A DNA stretch of 64,000 nucleotides from NCBI GenBank assembly GCA_023389575.1, contig JAEWEG010000058.1:15764-79763 (forward strand), read 5' to 3'. The DNA comes from Chloroflexota bacterium. GTDB lineage: Bacteria; Chloroflexota; Chloroflexia; Thermomicrobiales; UBA6265. Below the pieces are notes generated by a model. That model searched no databases. It saw only the letters and a program-made list of their open reading frames with translations, and had not been told where the DNA came from. Position numbers and translations under genes: made by a program. Positions 1 to 7,339 of this stretch are shown piece after piece; the first letter of the stretch is position 1, and every line of letters begins with the position of its first letter.

Positions 1-54
1 CATGAAGCGGAGATATTCCCTTTGGTAAATTCCATGCGAGACGGGAGAGAAGCA

Positions 55-534
55 ATGACGGAATCAGTGTTGACAGCATCGGAATTAAGCCCGGATAACC
101 CCGAACTCCTTGCCGCGGCGAGGACCGCGCTGGAAACGCAGATTCCAGCGCGCGATGTTCAGGAGTATCTGGAGAAACTCGGCGGGGTGGCCGTCCCCTC
201 GCCGATTGGCGCGACGGTGACGATCAAGTTGGCCGTGTGGGGCAATATTCAGGTCAATCCCGACGGTCAGCCATGGACGTACGACAATACGGTCTGGGGA
301 GGACCAGGCTACTTCGGAACGTCCGCCGGCTTCCTGTACACCGCCTATGACTCCTGGGATGCCTTCTTCAGAAATGTGACGAGTTGCCACGTTCAGGGTA
401 TCGCGAGTGGTCCCGGCATTCTGCAGGTCAACTGGTTCATCAGCAATGGCACGCCGGTTGGGCAGTTCAACGGCGCGGCAGGTGGGATTGGACTTGTGGA
501 AGCCGGCGGCTCCGGCAAGTGGAAGCACAAGTAG
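55..534 (+). CDS. VapA-like protein (Rhodococcus equi virulence-associated protein family beta-barrel)
   Basis: ORF 22..534; the likely ATG at 55 is preceded by GGGAGAG. The C-terminal ~85 aa (GGPGYFGTSAGFLYTAYDSWDAFFRNVTSCHVQGIASGPGILQVNWFISNGTPVGQFNGAAGGIGLVEAGGSGKWKHK) aligns by eye with the VapA core and C-terminus (GPYLNINFFDSSGSFLGHIQSGG...GGGSGSWHNA, recalled from memory). No signal peptide. Confidence 0.55.
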   Translation: MTESVLTASELSPDNPELLAAARTALETQIPARDVQEYLEKLGGVAVPSPIGATVTIKLAVWGNIQVNPDGQPWTYDNTVWGGPGYFGTSAGFLYTAYDSWDAFFRNVTSCHVQGIASGPGILQVNWFISNGTPVGQFNGAAGGIGLVEAGGSGKWKHK

Positions 535-765
535 ACATCGAGGATGCGTTCCACTCCTGGTACTAGCGGATGTTGCCACCAGGTGGCGCGGGGCGGCTGT
601 CCGGGCCCAGGTCTGGACAACCGCCTTCCCGGGGCCGGACCGCGAGCGCTCCTCTGGGGGAAACATCGCCGCCCGTGCGCTGGACGCGCACAGCCTCATC
701 CCGGGAATCGTGCTACACTTTCGGCCGCAAGAGGCGGATGGCTCCCATGGGGCCGAGGAGTCTTT

Positions 766-841
766 GCCCTCGTAGCTCAACGGATAGAGCGCTTGTCTTC
801 GGAACAAGAGGCTAGGGGTTCGAGTCCCTTCGAGGGTACCA
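766..841 (+). tRNA. tRNA-Arg, anticodon TCG
   Basis: Cloverleaf read by hand: acceptor GCCCTCG/CGAGGGT, anticodon stem CTTGT/ACAAG with loop CTTCGGA, T-loop TTCGAGT, encoded CCA. Confidence 0.9.
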
Positions 842-842
842 A
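797..842 (+). repeat. attL core (46 bp, inside tRNA-Arg)
   Basis: cttcggaacaagaggctaggggttcgagtcccttcgagggtaccaa is identical to 6940..6985; flanking bases differ on both sides. Confidence 0.9.
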
Positions 843-866
843 AAAAGCCCGGAATCATGGGCTTTT
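843..866 (+). terminator. Hairpin plus T-run after tRNA-Arg
   Basis: aaaagccc-ggaatcat-gggctttt directly after the CCA. Confidence 0.55.
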
Positions 867-906
867 CCTCAGTCGTAAGGAAATTCTAGTCGTACGGGGC
901 GGGAAA

Positions 907-925
907 TGTGAGCGAAAAGTGAGCG
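907..925 (+). repeat. Tandem TGTGAGCG motifs (putative integrase arm-type site, left end)
   Basis: tgtgagcgaaaagtgagcg; near-identical tgtgagcgaaatgtgagcg at 6792..6810 in the same orientation. Confidence 0.5.
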
Positions 926-1099
926 CCGCGTTTCTCGTGACGAAGTCGCCGGCGGCTGATCCTCAGGAATCAGCCGCCAACCTCACAACCGAATGGGAAC
1001 GGGACAATGGATTCAGGGATAGCCATCTGATTCCAGCTTTGCTGTACTCGGGTAGGCATGGAATCGCGTTGAAGGGGCCTAGCCGCCACGGAGACGAAC

Positions 1100-1142
1100 G
1101 AAACCCCGGCACGAGTGTCCCTGACACCAATGCCGGGGTTTC
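1100..1142 (-). terminator. Hairpin downstream of the terminase operon
   Basis: gaaaccccggca...tgccggggtttc inverted repeat 40 bp after the stop at 1183. Confidence 0.5.
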
Positions 1143-1182
1143 CGTCGCTCTCAGGGCAAATACGGGCCGTGATTTCGATGGC

Positions 1183-1881
1183 CTACTCGAAATCCCTTCC
1201 CCATTCGGTGACCAGTTCGTCGATCCAGGCCCGCGATGCCGGTACCACCTGGGTCGCGAGTCCGAGCGCCGTCACCAGGTCGTCGTGCGTTCCCACCTTG
1301 AAGGCGCCGTACTTGTCGTTGGCGTTCTGGTCGACCCGGATTTCGTAGTCGAGCAGTTCAGCCGTCAGGGCCCGCGCCTCGGGATGGTCGGGCGGTAGGT
1401 GGATGCGATCGCTCTGGAATAGGGCCTTGAGCCGGCTCACCAGCCACGCCTTGCCGATCGTGACGCGGCTATCCGCCGCGGTCCGCCGGTCGCCATGGGT
1501 GAAATAGCACGGGGTCGCCTGGGCGCCGGCCTCGTCGAGCAGGTCCATCACGGGCTGCCCGACGCCGGTGGCATCAACGAACGTCCACAGGGTGACTGTC
1601 GGATCCGTCACCCTGTGGAGATCAGCCGCCTCCTGCCGGGCCGTCTTGACCGCGTTTCGCTGGATGTCGGCTATCCGGCGGGCGACGACCGGGTACGGCG
1701 TGCCGAGCGGGAGACGCTGGAGGAACCGGCTCTCGAAGTGCCAGTCAGGTATCTCATCGTCGGGGCGACGGTTCCGGGCTTCAAGCAGCGCGATCGCGGT
1801 CGGGTCCCGCTTTTGCCCGAGGTCGACGCCGAGCATGAGGTTGATCGCGAAGGGATAAGCGTCCTGATTCAGAGTTCCCAT
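1183..1881 (-). CDS. Terminase large subunit, C-terminal RNase H-like nuclease part
   Basis: ORF 1183..1983; the internal ATG at 1881 overlaps the upstream stop. Acidic motifs GVDLGQKRDPTAIA, FVDATGVG and HDDLVTALGLA are typical of the TerL nuclease domain. Confidence 0.7.
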   Translation of the reverse strand: MGTLNQDAYPFAINLMLGVDLGQKRDPTAIALLEARNRRPDDEIPDWHFESRFLQRLPLGTPYPVVARRIADIQRNAVKTARQEAADLHRVTDPTVTLWTFVDATGVGQPVMDLLDEAGAQATPCYFTHGDRRTAADSRVTIGKAWLVSRLKALFQSDRIHLPPDHPEARALTAELLDYEIRVDQNANDKYGAFKVGTHDDLVTALGLATQVVPASRAWIDELVTEWGRDFE

Positions 1882-2648
1882 GTGGTTACCTCGCGGGCGA
1901 AGGCCCGTGCTACTTCGTCGGATGAAAACGCTTGGGTCTCGGCATCCATGAACTGGCAGAGATATTCCTGGTTGAACCACCACTCGCCTAGCTGGTCGCG
2001 TTCCTCGGCCAGAAACTCCCGGCTAATTCGCGGGCATTGATCCGCGGGAACCTCCACGCGTTTCCAGAGGTGGCGCCCATGCCAGGCATCGCTCCACCAC
2101 CCACGCTTGCCGAACGGTGTCGACAGGGCGACCAGGCGACCATTGGAGACCGCGAGCATGGGCCGGACGCTCGCGTAGAGGTCGTCATGCACGCGGCTGG
2201 CCTCGTCAATCAAGAGCAGGCGCACCGCCGAGATTCCGCGAATCGTCTTTTCCGTGGCGGGAAGGCTCAGGACCCGGCTGCCGTTCGTCAGTTCGAGGCG
2301 TAGGAATGTTTCGGCGGTGGCTGGTACGGTCGCCCCAGATGCCGCGTAGAGACCGGCGAGGACGCGGAAGAACTCCGACGATTGCCTCAACGATGGGCTG
2401 AGGATCACTACCAGGCTGCCGGGCTCGTAGAGCGCGGTGTGAAGGCCCAGCAGGGCCGTGATGGTCGTCTTGCCGCTTTGCCGCGAGCAGTTGAGCAACA
2501 TTCGGGGGCTGGTGCTCCGGAGGACATCGGCCTGCCAGTCGTCAGGGTCGATGCCAACACGACTGGCGAACACCACCGGATCGAGCGCGGCCGCAAGGTC
2601 ACCGGCAAGGCCTGAGATAGGCCCAGGGGCGGCGCTAATCGGCGGCAT
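1869..2648 (-). CDS. Terminase large subunit, N-terminal ATPase part
   Basis: Walker A SRQSGKTT and Walker B LLLIDEA, with TerL-like context (DPDDWQADVL). Confidence 0.75.
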   Translation of the reverse strand: MPPISAAPGPISGLAGDLAAALDPVVFASRVGIDPDDWQADVLRSTSPRMLLNCSRQSGKTTITALLGLHTALYEPGSLVVILSPSLRQSSEFFRVLAGLYAASGATVPATAETFLRLELTNGSRVLSLPATEKTIRGISAVRLLLIDEASRVHDDLYASVRPMLAVSNGRLVALSTPFGKRGWWSDAWHGRHLWKRVEVPADQCPRISREFLAEERDQLGEWWFNQEYLCQFMDAETQAFSSDEVARAFAREVTTWEL

Positions 2649-3135
2649 GGTTGGTGTCCCTTTCGATCGCCTGGAGCCCCGCAGCGACCGCCTGGGCGGC
2701 GTCGGGATAGGGCCGCAGGGCGGTCATCAGGAGGGTCCGCACCTGGATCCATTGCGGGCTCATGATCACGTTGACGGTCGGGCGCCGATCGAGTTCACCC
2801 TCGACTTCGAGCAGGGTCTCGATACAGGCCCGGGCCTCACGAATCCCCATCAGCGCGGTCCGGTAGTCGCCGGCCTTCTCGGCCTTCCCCAGGAGTTCGA
2901 TCGCCTTGCGACGTAGCTCCTGTATCTGGCCGAGCAGATCATCAGCGGCGGCAACTTCGCTGGCCTCCCGCGCCTTGGCCAGTGTGGCCGGCAAGTGGTC
3001 AGCCTTGTGCCGTTTCAGCGCCGTCTCTGAAAGTCCGAAACGGTCCGCTATCGTCCGGTATGTGGTGCCGTCCACCAGCGCCCGGTCGATCGCCGGGCGC
3101 TGGGCATGGCTGCATATGGTGCAGGTGCGAGGCAT
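2635..3135 (-). CDS. Small terminase-like / HTH DNA-binding protein
   Basis: N-terminal Cys pair plus HTH (MPRTCTICSH...YRTIADRFGLSETALKRH), helical C-terminus, position directly upstream of terL with a 14-nt overlap. Confidence 0.5.
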   Translation of the reverse strand: MPRTCTICSHAQRPAIDRALVDGTTYRTIADRFGLSETALKRHKADHLPATLAKAREASEVAAADDLLGQIQELRRKAIELLGKAEKAGDYRTALMGIREARACIETLLEVEGELDRRPTVNVIMSPQWIQVRTLLMTALRPYPDAAQAVAAGLQAIERDTNHAAD

Positions 3136-3137
3136 GC

Positions 3138-3536
3138 CTAGATCCGATTCCGATAGCGAGCGACCGAGCGGGCCTCGGCGTCCCGGTCTTGCTGAGCGAG
3201 CCGGTGCCGGTGAAGCAGGTCGGGGAGCGCCGCTTTCGCTTCGGCATCGGTGGTTCCGGGAACCGACTTCACGTAGTCGGCCATGAGCTGGGTCTCCAGG
3301 TCGGCGCGGGCTTGGCGAGCACGGGCCGCGGAATCATCCTCTCGGCCCTGATCGCGTTCGTATTTGGCGGTCAGGGCGGCTTTGGACCGTCGCATCGCCA
3401 TTTGGAGGCGGTCTTGGTAGGCCGACGGCCTCGTGTCGTACTCCGGCAATCCGCTTGGCGGAGGGGTGACGCCTTGGCTCCGGAGATATTCGATCGCGTG
3501 CTGTTTGATGTCGTCGTCAGTGGGCTTGGTTGCCAT
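3138..3536 (-). CDS. Hypothetical protein (132 aa, charged, helical)
   Basis: Internal ATG (MATKPTDDD...) of track ORF 3138..4538. Upstream of it the ORF overlaps better genes in other frames. Confidence 0.5.
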   Translation of the reverse strand: MATKPTDDDIKQHAIEYLRSQGVTPPPSGLPEYDTRPSAYQDRLQMAMRRSKAALTAKYERDQGREDDSAARARQARADLETQLMADYVKSVPGTTDAEAKAALPDLLHRHRLAQQDRDAEARSVARYRNRI

Positions 3537-3610
3537 TGTGGAGTTCCTGTTCGTGAGTAACGAGGATCGATCGACGCAGGTGCCGATCGACGGGGAGAGC
3601 GTGCTACCGG

Positions 3611-3889
3611 TCAGGGCGGCCGCGGCTCGTGCGAAATGGCCCTCACAAGGGCCAGCAACGACCTGTGTGAACACAAAAGGCCGGCCGTGGCGGCTGGGCA
3701 GCAACACTTGCCACGAGCGTCCAGAACGTAACGGCCTCCACCAGGGCGCCAGGCGACCGCCGATCCATCTGGCCGGCATTCGATCCGCATCCCACGAGAA
3801 AGTGCTCTCGTGATGAGCCGGTCGACCGTGGCCTGAGTGGCGCCGGGGAGGGTGAGCTGATAACCGGCCCACCGAATCGGCTCGGTCAT
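3611..3889 (-). CDS. SWIM-type zinc-finger protein
   Basis: CxC-x10-CxH signature KCCCPAATAGLLCSH; ATGA start/stop overlap with the upstream gene at 3886..3889. Confidence 0.55.
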   Translation of the reverse strand: MTEPIRWAGYQLTLPGATQATVDRLITRALSRGMRIECRPDGSAVAWRPGGGRYVLDARGKCCCPAATAGLLCSHRSLLALVRAISHEPRPP

Positions 3890-4656
3890 ACGTCGCCCTC
3901 TTCCATGGCCTGCCTGAACGACGATTTGAATTCGGCCTGCCACGAGCGGCGGCGGCTGCCGATGTCGCGCCACTTCCGCGTGAATGTTTCGGTGAAGGCG
4001 TCGATGTCGTGGTCCGAATAGCCCCGACCCTGCTTACGTGCCCAGTCGCGCGTCCCGCGCGTGATGGCGAAGTCCGCAGGCATGTAGTCGCCAAGCGGAT
4101 GGTCTTCGTCGGCTTCGTTGATCGGTTCTTCGACATCGGGATTTTCGGCGGAATTTCGCTCCGGCTCGTCAGAGCCAATTGGCGCTTCGCGCCCAACGGA
4201 AGTTCCGTCAGGAACTTCATCGGTACGGGTACGGGTACGGGTACGGGTACGGGGTTCGGTTTTGCTTCGTTTTGCTTCAAGCAACGGTGAAGCATCCTGC
4301 TTCGGTTTTGCTTCGCGGCGAGATTCACCAGATCGAAGCCCGCCGATTCGGCCGGCCTCGGCTCGTTTTTCTCGTATTGACAGCGCGTCTTCCCGACTCG
4401 GCTGATAGTCGAGGTAGTCGTGGATCTGGTACCCGCCCTCGGCGTCTTCCCACAGCCCGGCGGCCACGAGCTTGCCGGCCTCGGTGATCGCGTCGAAGTC
4501 GGCCATGCGGCGGAGGTGTGCGACGGGCACGAGACCATCGGTCAGGTAGCGCGCCGCGTAGCACAGGCCGCGCACGAACAGGCATTCGGCGAGCGGCCCG
4601 ACTTCGAGCACCTTTGGGTGGTCGGTGAACTGGTCGTCAATCTTGACCCATGCCAT
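3886..4656 (-). CDS. Phage or plasmid replication-associated protein-like
   Basis: The N-terminus MAWVKIDDQFTDHPKV...GLCYAARYLTDGLVP resembles phage replisome-organizer/DnaD-like N-domains. Central acidic linker with a (TR)5 repeat. Function is an inference. Confidence 0.4.
   Translation of the reverse strand: MAWVKIDDQFTDHPKVLEVGPLAECLFVRGLCYAARYLTDGLVPVAHLRRMADFDAITEAGKLVAAGLWEDAEGGYQIHDYLDYQPSREDALSIREKRAEAGRIGGLRSGESRREAKPKQDASPLLEAKRSKTEPRTRTRTRTRTDEVPDGTSVGREAPIGSDEPERNSAENPDVEEPINEADEDHPLGDYMPADFAITRGTRDWARKQGRGYSDHDIDAFTETFTRKWRDIGSRRRSWQAEFKSSFRQAMEEGDV
4223..4252. repeat. Hexanucleotide microsatellite (GTACGG)x5
   Basis: Five perfect tandem copies inside the rep-like CDS, encoding RTRTRTRTRT on the minus strand. 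Confidence 0.95.
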
Positions 4657-4762
4657 CAGCCACCGCCTTTCCCGGTGCCGTCGGCCCGGCCTGATATGCT
4701 GCTCATGACTCTCTCGATTCTTGAAACCCCCACCGGCTTGCAGCCCCGGTGGGGGTTTCGCG

Positions 4763-4996
4763 TTATGCGGTTTCGGTTGGGTCGGTGGCCGGTGCTTCTC
4801 CGGCCAACCAGGCCTCTACCTGACGGCGGCTGAATCGGTATTCCTTGCCGAGCTTCAGCGTTGGGAACGGAAAGCCGTCGGTCCGGGCCATCGCGTGGGC
4901 TTTGGTGGAACCGATCCGGAGCCGAGCGCGCAGCTCTTCGAGGGTGTACAGGGTGTCGGATTCCGGTACTCGCGCCGGCGCGGTCTTGCTCACCAT
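4763..4996 (-). CDS. xis: Excisionase / AlpA-MerR-like HTH protein
   Basis: 77-aa protein LYTLEELRARLRIGSTKAHAMARTDGFPFPTLKLGKEYRFSRRQVEAWL, a typical excisionase-family HTH. Internal ATG of ORF 4763..5068. Confidence 0.7.
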   Translation of the reverse strand: MVSKTAPARVPESDTLYTLEELRARLRIGSTKAHAMARTDGFPFPTLKLGKEYRFSRRQVEAWLAGEAPATDPTETA

Positions 4997-5139
4997 GGAA
5001 GCCTCCTGGCATAAGTCGGGTCGCCGGTTCGCAACTAGGCACAGGCGACAATGGACGTTGGCAATCACTATAAGGCGAACATTAGTTCTGTGCCAGTACT
5101 TTATGAAACGTTTGTACGGTTTGTGCTCATGCTAGGGTG

Positions 5140-5181
5140 GCAAGCGATCGCTTACATTTACATTCGCAAGCGAACGCTTGC
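5140..5181. promoter_or_regulatory. Two 16-bp palindromic operators in the AT-richer control region of the element
   Basis: gcaagcgatcgcttac (5140..5155) and gcaagcgaacgcttgc (5166..5181), upstream of the xis-rep-terminase operon. Confidence 0.5.
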
Positions 5182-5211
5182 ATTCACCTTTGACGCTGCA
5201 GGTTCTCATGC

Positions 5212-5244
5212 AAAAGCCCCTCGCGACTTAATCGCGAGGGGCTT
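5212..5244 (-). terminator. Rho-independent terminator of the int operon
   Basis: gcccctcgcga-cttaa-tcgcgaggggc followed by a T-run on the minus strand. Confidence 0.7.
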
Positions 5245-5276
5245 AGGAGGGGGGCCATGAGGTCAGTGAGCAGCGT

Positions 5277-5522
5277 TCAGCGGTCCACCACCTTGTGGTC
5301 ACGGACGTAGGGCGCCGCGAAGGCCTCGCGTATCTCCTGATTGGCCTCGGCGCTCACCGGGTCGAATTGCAGGCCATGATCCCCGGGCCGGGGTTCGAGG
5401 TGGCTGGTTTCGTTCGTCAGGATTCCCAAGGGAATCCCGGAGGGGTAGGCGTCGCAGGTGGCGATGGGCTTGTCGTCGTTACGGTAGCGCCGGCATAGCT
5501 GGCACTGGGAGATGTACGTCAT
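5277..5522 (-). CDS. Hypothetical small Cys-containing protein
   Basis: 81 aa; its start overlaps the integrase stop (ATGA), suggesting translational coupling. Confidence 0.45.
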   Translation of the reverse strand: MTYISQCQLCRRYRNDDKPIATCDAYPSGIPLGILTNETSHLEPRPGDHGLQFDPVSAEANQEIREAFAAPYVRDHKVVDR

Positions 5523-6754
5523 TGTGGTGCGCCATCCGTTCCGGTACGGGTAGCCCTTGCCAGGAACGCCTCCACGGCCCGCGTCGCCGCGCCCTGATCT
5601 TCGGCCGTGAGGTGGCCATAGGTGCCGAAGGTAGTCGAGGTATCGGTGTGCCCGATCTTTTGGGCGACGATCGCCAGGGACGCGCCGCCTCGGAGCATGG
5701 TTGTCGCCGCCAGGTGTCGCAGGTCGTGAGTGCTGATCGCGGGCACCTTCGCCGCCTCCATGACCGCCCGCCGGTGTCGGGCAACCGAATCCGGCCGCAC
5801 GACGCCCCCGAGTTCGTTAGTGACGATCAGGTCATGGTCGGGCCAGATATCGGCCAGGTCACGGCGTCGGAACGCCTGCCGGTCCCGGTGCCGTCTGAGG
5901 GCGGCCACCGTGGCGCCGGTGAGGGTAACGCTGCGCTGGGAGCCCGCCGTTTTCGCCCGGGGTTGGATCAGCGGGGCCCCACCGTTGGCGAGGTCAGGAA
6001 CCACCGTCTGCACAACCGTCGCCGTGCAGGCGGTTTCGTCAGCATTCCAGTGCAGGTCTCCCCATCGCAGACCCAGTGCCTCGGCCCGGCGGAATCCCTC
6101 CAGCGCGGTCAGGTGCCAGAAAACGCCCAACTGGTCGCGCTCACCGGCATCGAGAAATTGACCCAGGTGATCGGGAGTCCAGACGGGGAGGTCACGCCGG
6201 GACTTCGGGCTCGGCAGCCTGATACCGGCCGCCGGGTTGGCGGCGAGGATGCCGTCTTCCACCGCCTCATCAAGGGCGCTCCGCAGGACAAGCAGCGACC
6301 GGTTCTGCAGTTGGGCGCCCATCCCGCCGGCCTGCCAGGTGCGAACCAGATCCTTCACGTCGGCCCGGGTCAGGGCGGTCACGTCCATGTCTCCGATCGA
6401 CGGCCGCACATGCAGGCGCCAGGCTCCCTCATACCCGGCGTAGGTGTTGCTGGTGACGTGTACCTTGCGGCCGGTGAGCCATCCCGTGACCACAGCGGCG
6501 ACGGTCCAGACGCGGGGGGCTACTGACGACTCGCTAAGCCGCTTGCGCTCGGCACGGGTCACATACGCCCCGTTCTCGACTTCCAGCGTTGCCTTCCGTT
6601 CGGCGCGCTCGGCATCGCCCTTGCGGGTGAATGTGCCGACGGTATCCCACGCCCGTTTGCCGGTGCTCGGGTCCGGAACATACACCCGCACCATGTACCG
6701 CGTGGCCGGTTTCCCGCCCTTGCCCTTCGCCTTCGATTCGCGCTCAACAATCAT
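5519..6754 (-). CDS. int: Tyrosine recombinase / phage integrase
   Basis: C-terminal catalytic region with R...HDLRHLAATTML...LGHTDTSTTFGTYGHL. ORF extends to 6817; the probable start is MIVERESK at 6754. Confidence 0.9.
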   Translation of the reverse strand: MIVERESKAKGKGGKPATRYMVRVYVPDPSTGKRAWDTVGTFTRKGDAERAERKATLEVENGAYVTRAERKRLSESSVAPRVWTVAAVVTGWLTGRKVHVTSNTYAGYEGAWRLHVRPSIGDMDVTALTRADVKDLVRTWQAGGMGAQLQNRSLLVLRSALDEAVEDGILAANPAAGIRLPSPKSRRDLPVWTPDHLGQFLDAGERDQLGVFWHLTALEGFRRAEALGLRWGDLHWNADETACTATVVQTVVPDLANGGAPLIQPRAKTAGSQRSVTLTGATVAALRRHRDRQAFRRRDLADIWPDHDLIVTNELGGVVRPDSVARHRRAVMEAAKVPAISTHDLRHLAATTMLRGGASLAIVAQKIGHTDTSTTFGTYGHLTAEDQGAATRAVEAFLARATRTGTDGAPQ

Positions 6755-6791
6755 TCCAGAACTCCATTCCCGCCACGCACGTCCCACAATT

Positions 6792-6810
6792 TGTGAGCGA
6801 AATGTGAGCG
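6792..6810 (+). repeat. Tandem TGTGAGCG motifs (putative integrase arm-type site, right end, in int promoter region)
   Basis: See 907..925; lies 38 bp upstream of the probable int start (6754). Confidence 0.5.
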
Positions 6811-6939
6811 TCACCAACCGGCGCTATCCGGTACTCGCCGATAGTATACGACGGGTGGGACGGGAAAACGCTTGGTTTCATGGGGAAATTGCGGCGAACG
6901 ATGATGTTAGGCAACGCTAGGCGGTGACAGAAAATAGAA

Positions 6940-6985
6940 CTTCGGAACAAGAGGCTAGGGGTTCGAGTCCCTTCGAGGGTACCAA
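6940..6985 (+). repeat. attR core (46 bp duplicated tRNA-Arg 3' part)
   Basis: Exact copy of 797..842, located 123 bp beyond the integrase ORF. Confidence 0.9.
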
Positions 6986-7010
6986 CATCAACTGAGTTCA
7001 TTGGACTCTT

Positions 7011-7038
7011 GCCCCGGCGCTCACGCTGGGGCTTTGTT
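7011..7038 (+). terminator. Hairpin plus T-rich tail after attR (candidate native tRNA-Arg terminator)
   Basis: gccccggcg-ctca-cgctggggc then tttgttgt. Confidence 0.55.
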
Positions 7039-7339
7039 GTGTCCGGCGAACTGTCCATATTACGTCCCTGTCTCGCCACATGTGACCGGGTTGTGTCCCA
7101 TTTATTCGTATTCGTACTTAACACACGATCGACTCCTGTAGGGATGAGGGGCGTCGCCGTAAGGACCCTCCAACCTGTTCCGTGCACTGAATCTCGTCGT
7201 CAATCCGCCGTGCTCACGACCTGTATTCATATCGTGAGCACAGCCGTCGGCGGAAGTGCGGGAAGGTGGCGGGGCATCGGCCGAACGTCATGGTTCACGG
7301 CGATGCCCCGAGGCTTCGCTGGGGATCCAGACTCCCCAG

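Larger units (their letters stand above)
797..6985. mobile_element. 6.1-kb integrated element (phage satellite-like or mini-prophage) in tRNA-Arg
   Basis: Bounded by perfect 46-bp direct repeats (797..842 and 6940..6985) equal to the tRNA 3' part from the anticodon loop to CCA+A. Contains tyrosine integrase, excisionase, rep-like, SWIM, terS-like and terL genes, all on the minus strand. No capsid, portal or tail genes. Confidence 0.85.

Noticed and set aside
85-858. 257-aa minus-strand ORF overlapping the Vap-like gene and tRNA-Arg.
   Set aside because: It is antisense to a better-supported CDS, runs through a tRNA gene and has an Arg/Pro/Gly-rich composition typical of off-frame ORFs in high-G+C DNA.
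3537-4538. N-terminal 334 codons of track ORF 3138..4538.
   Set aside because: It overlaps the SWIM and rep-like genes, which have recognisable motifs and coupled start/stop codons. It has low-complexity Arg/Pro/Ser composition. Only the distal 132 codons were kept.
5522-6526. 334-aa plus-strand ORF.
   Set aside because: It is fully antisense to the integrase gene, which has clear catalytic motifs.
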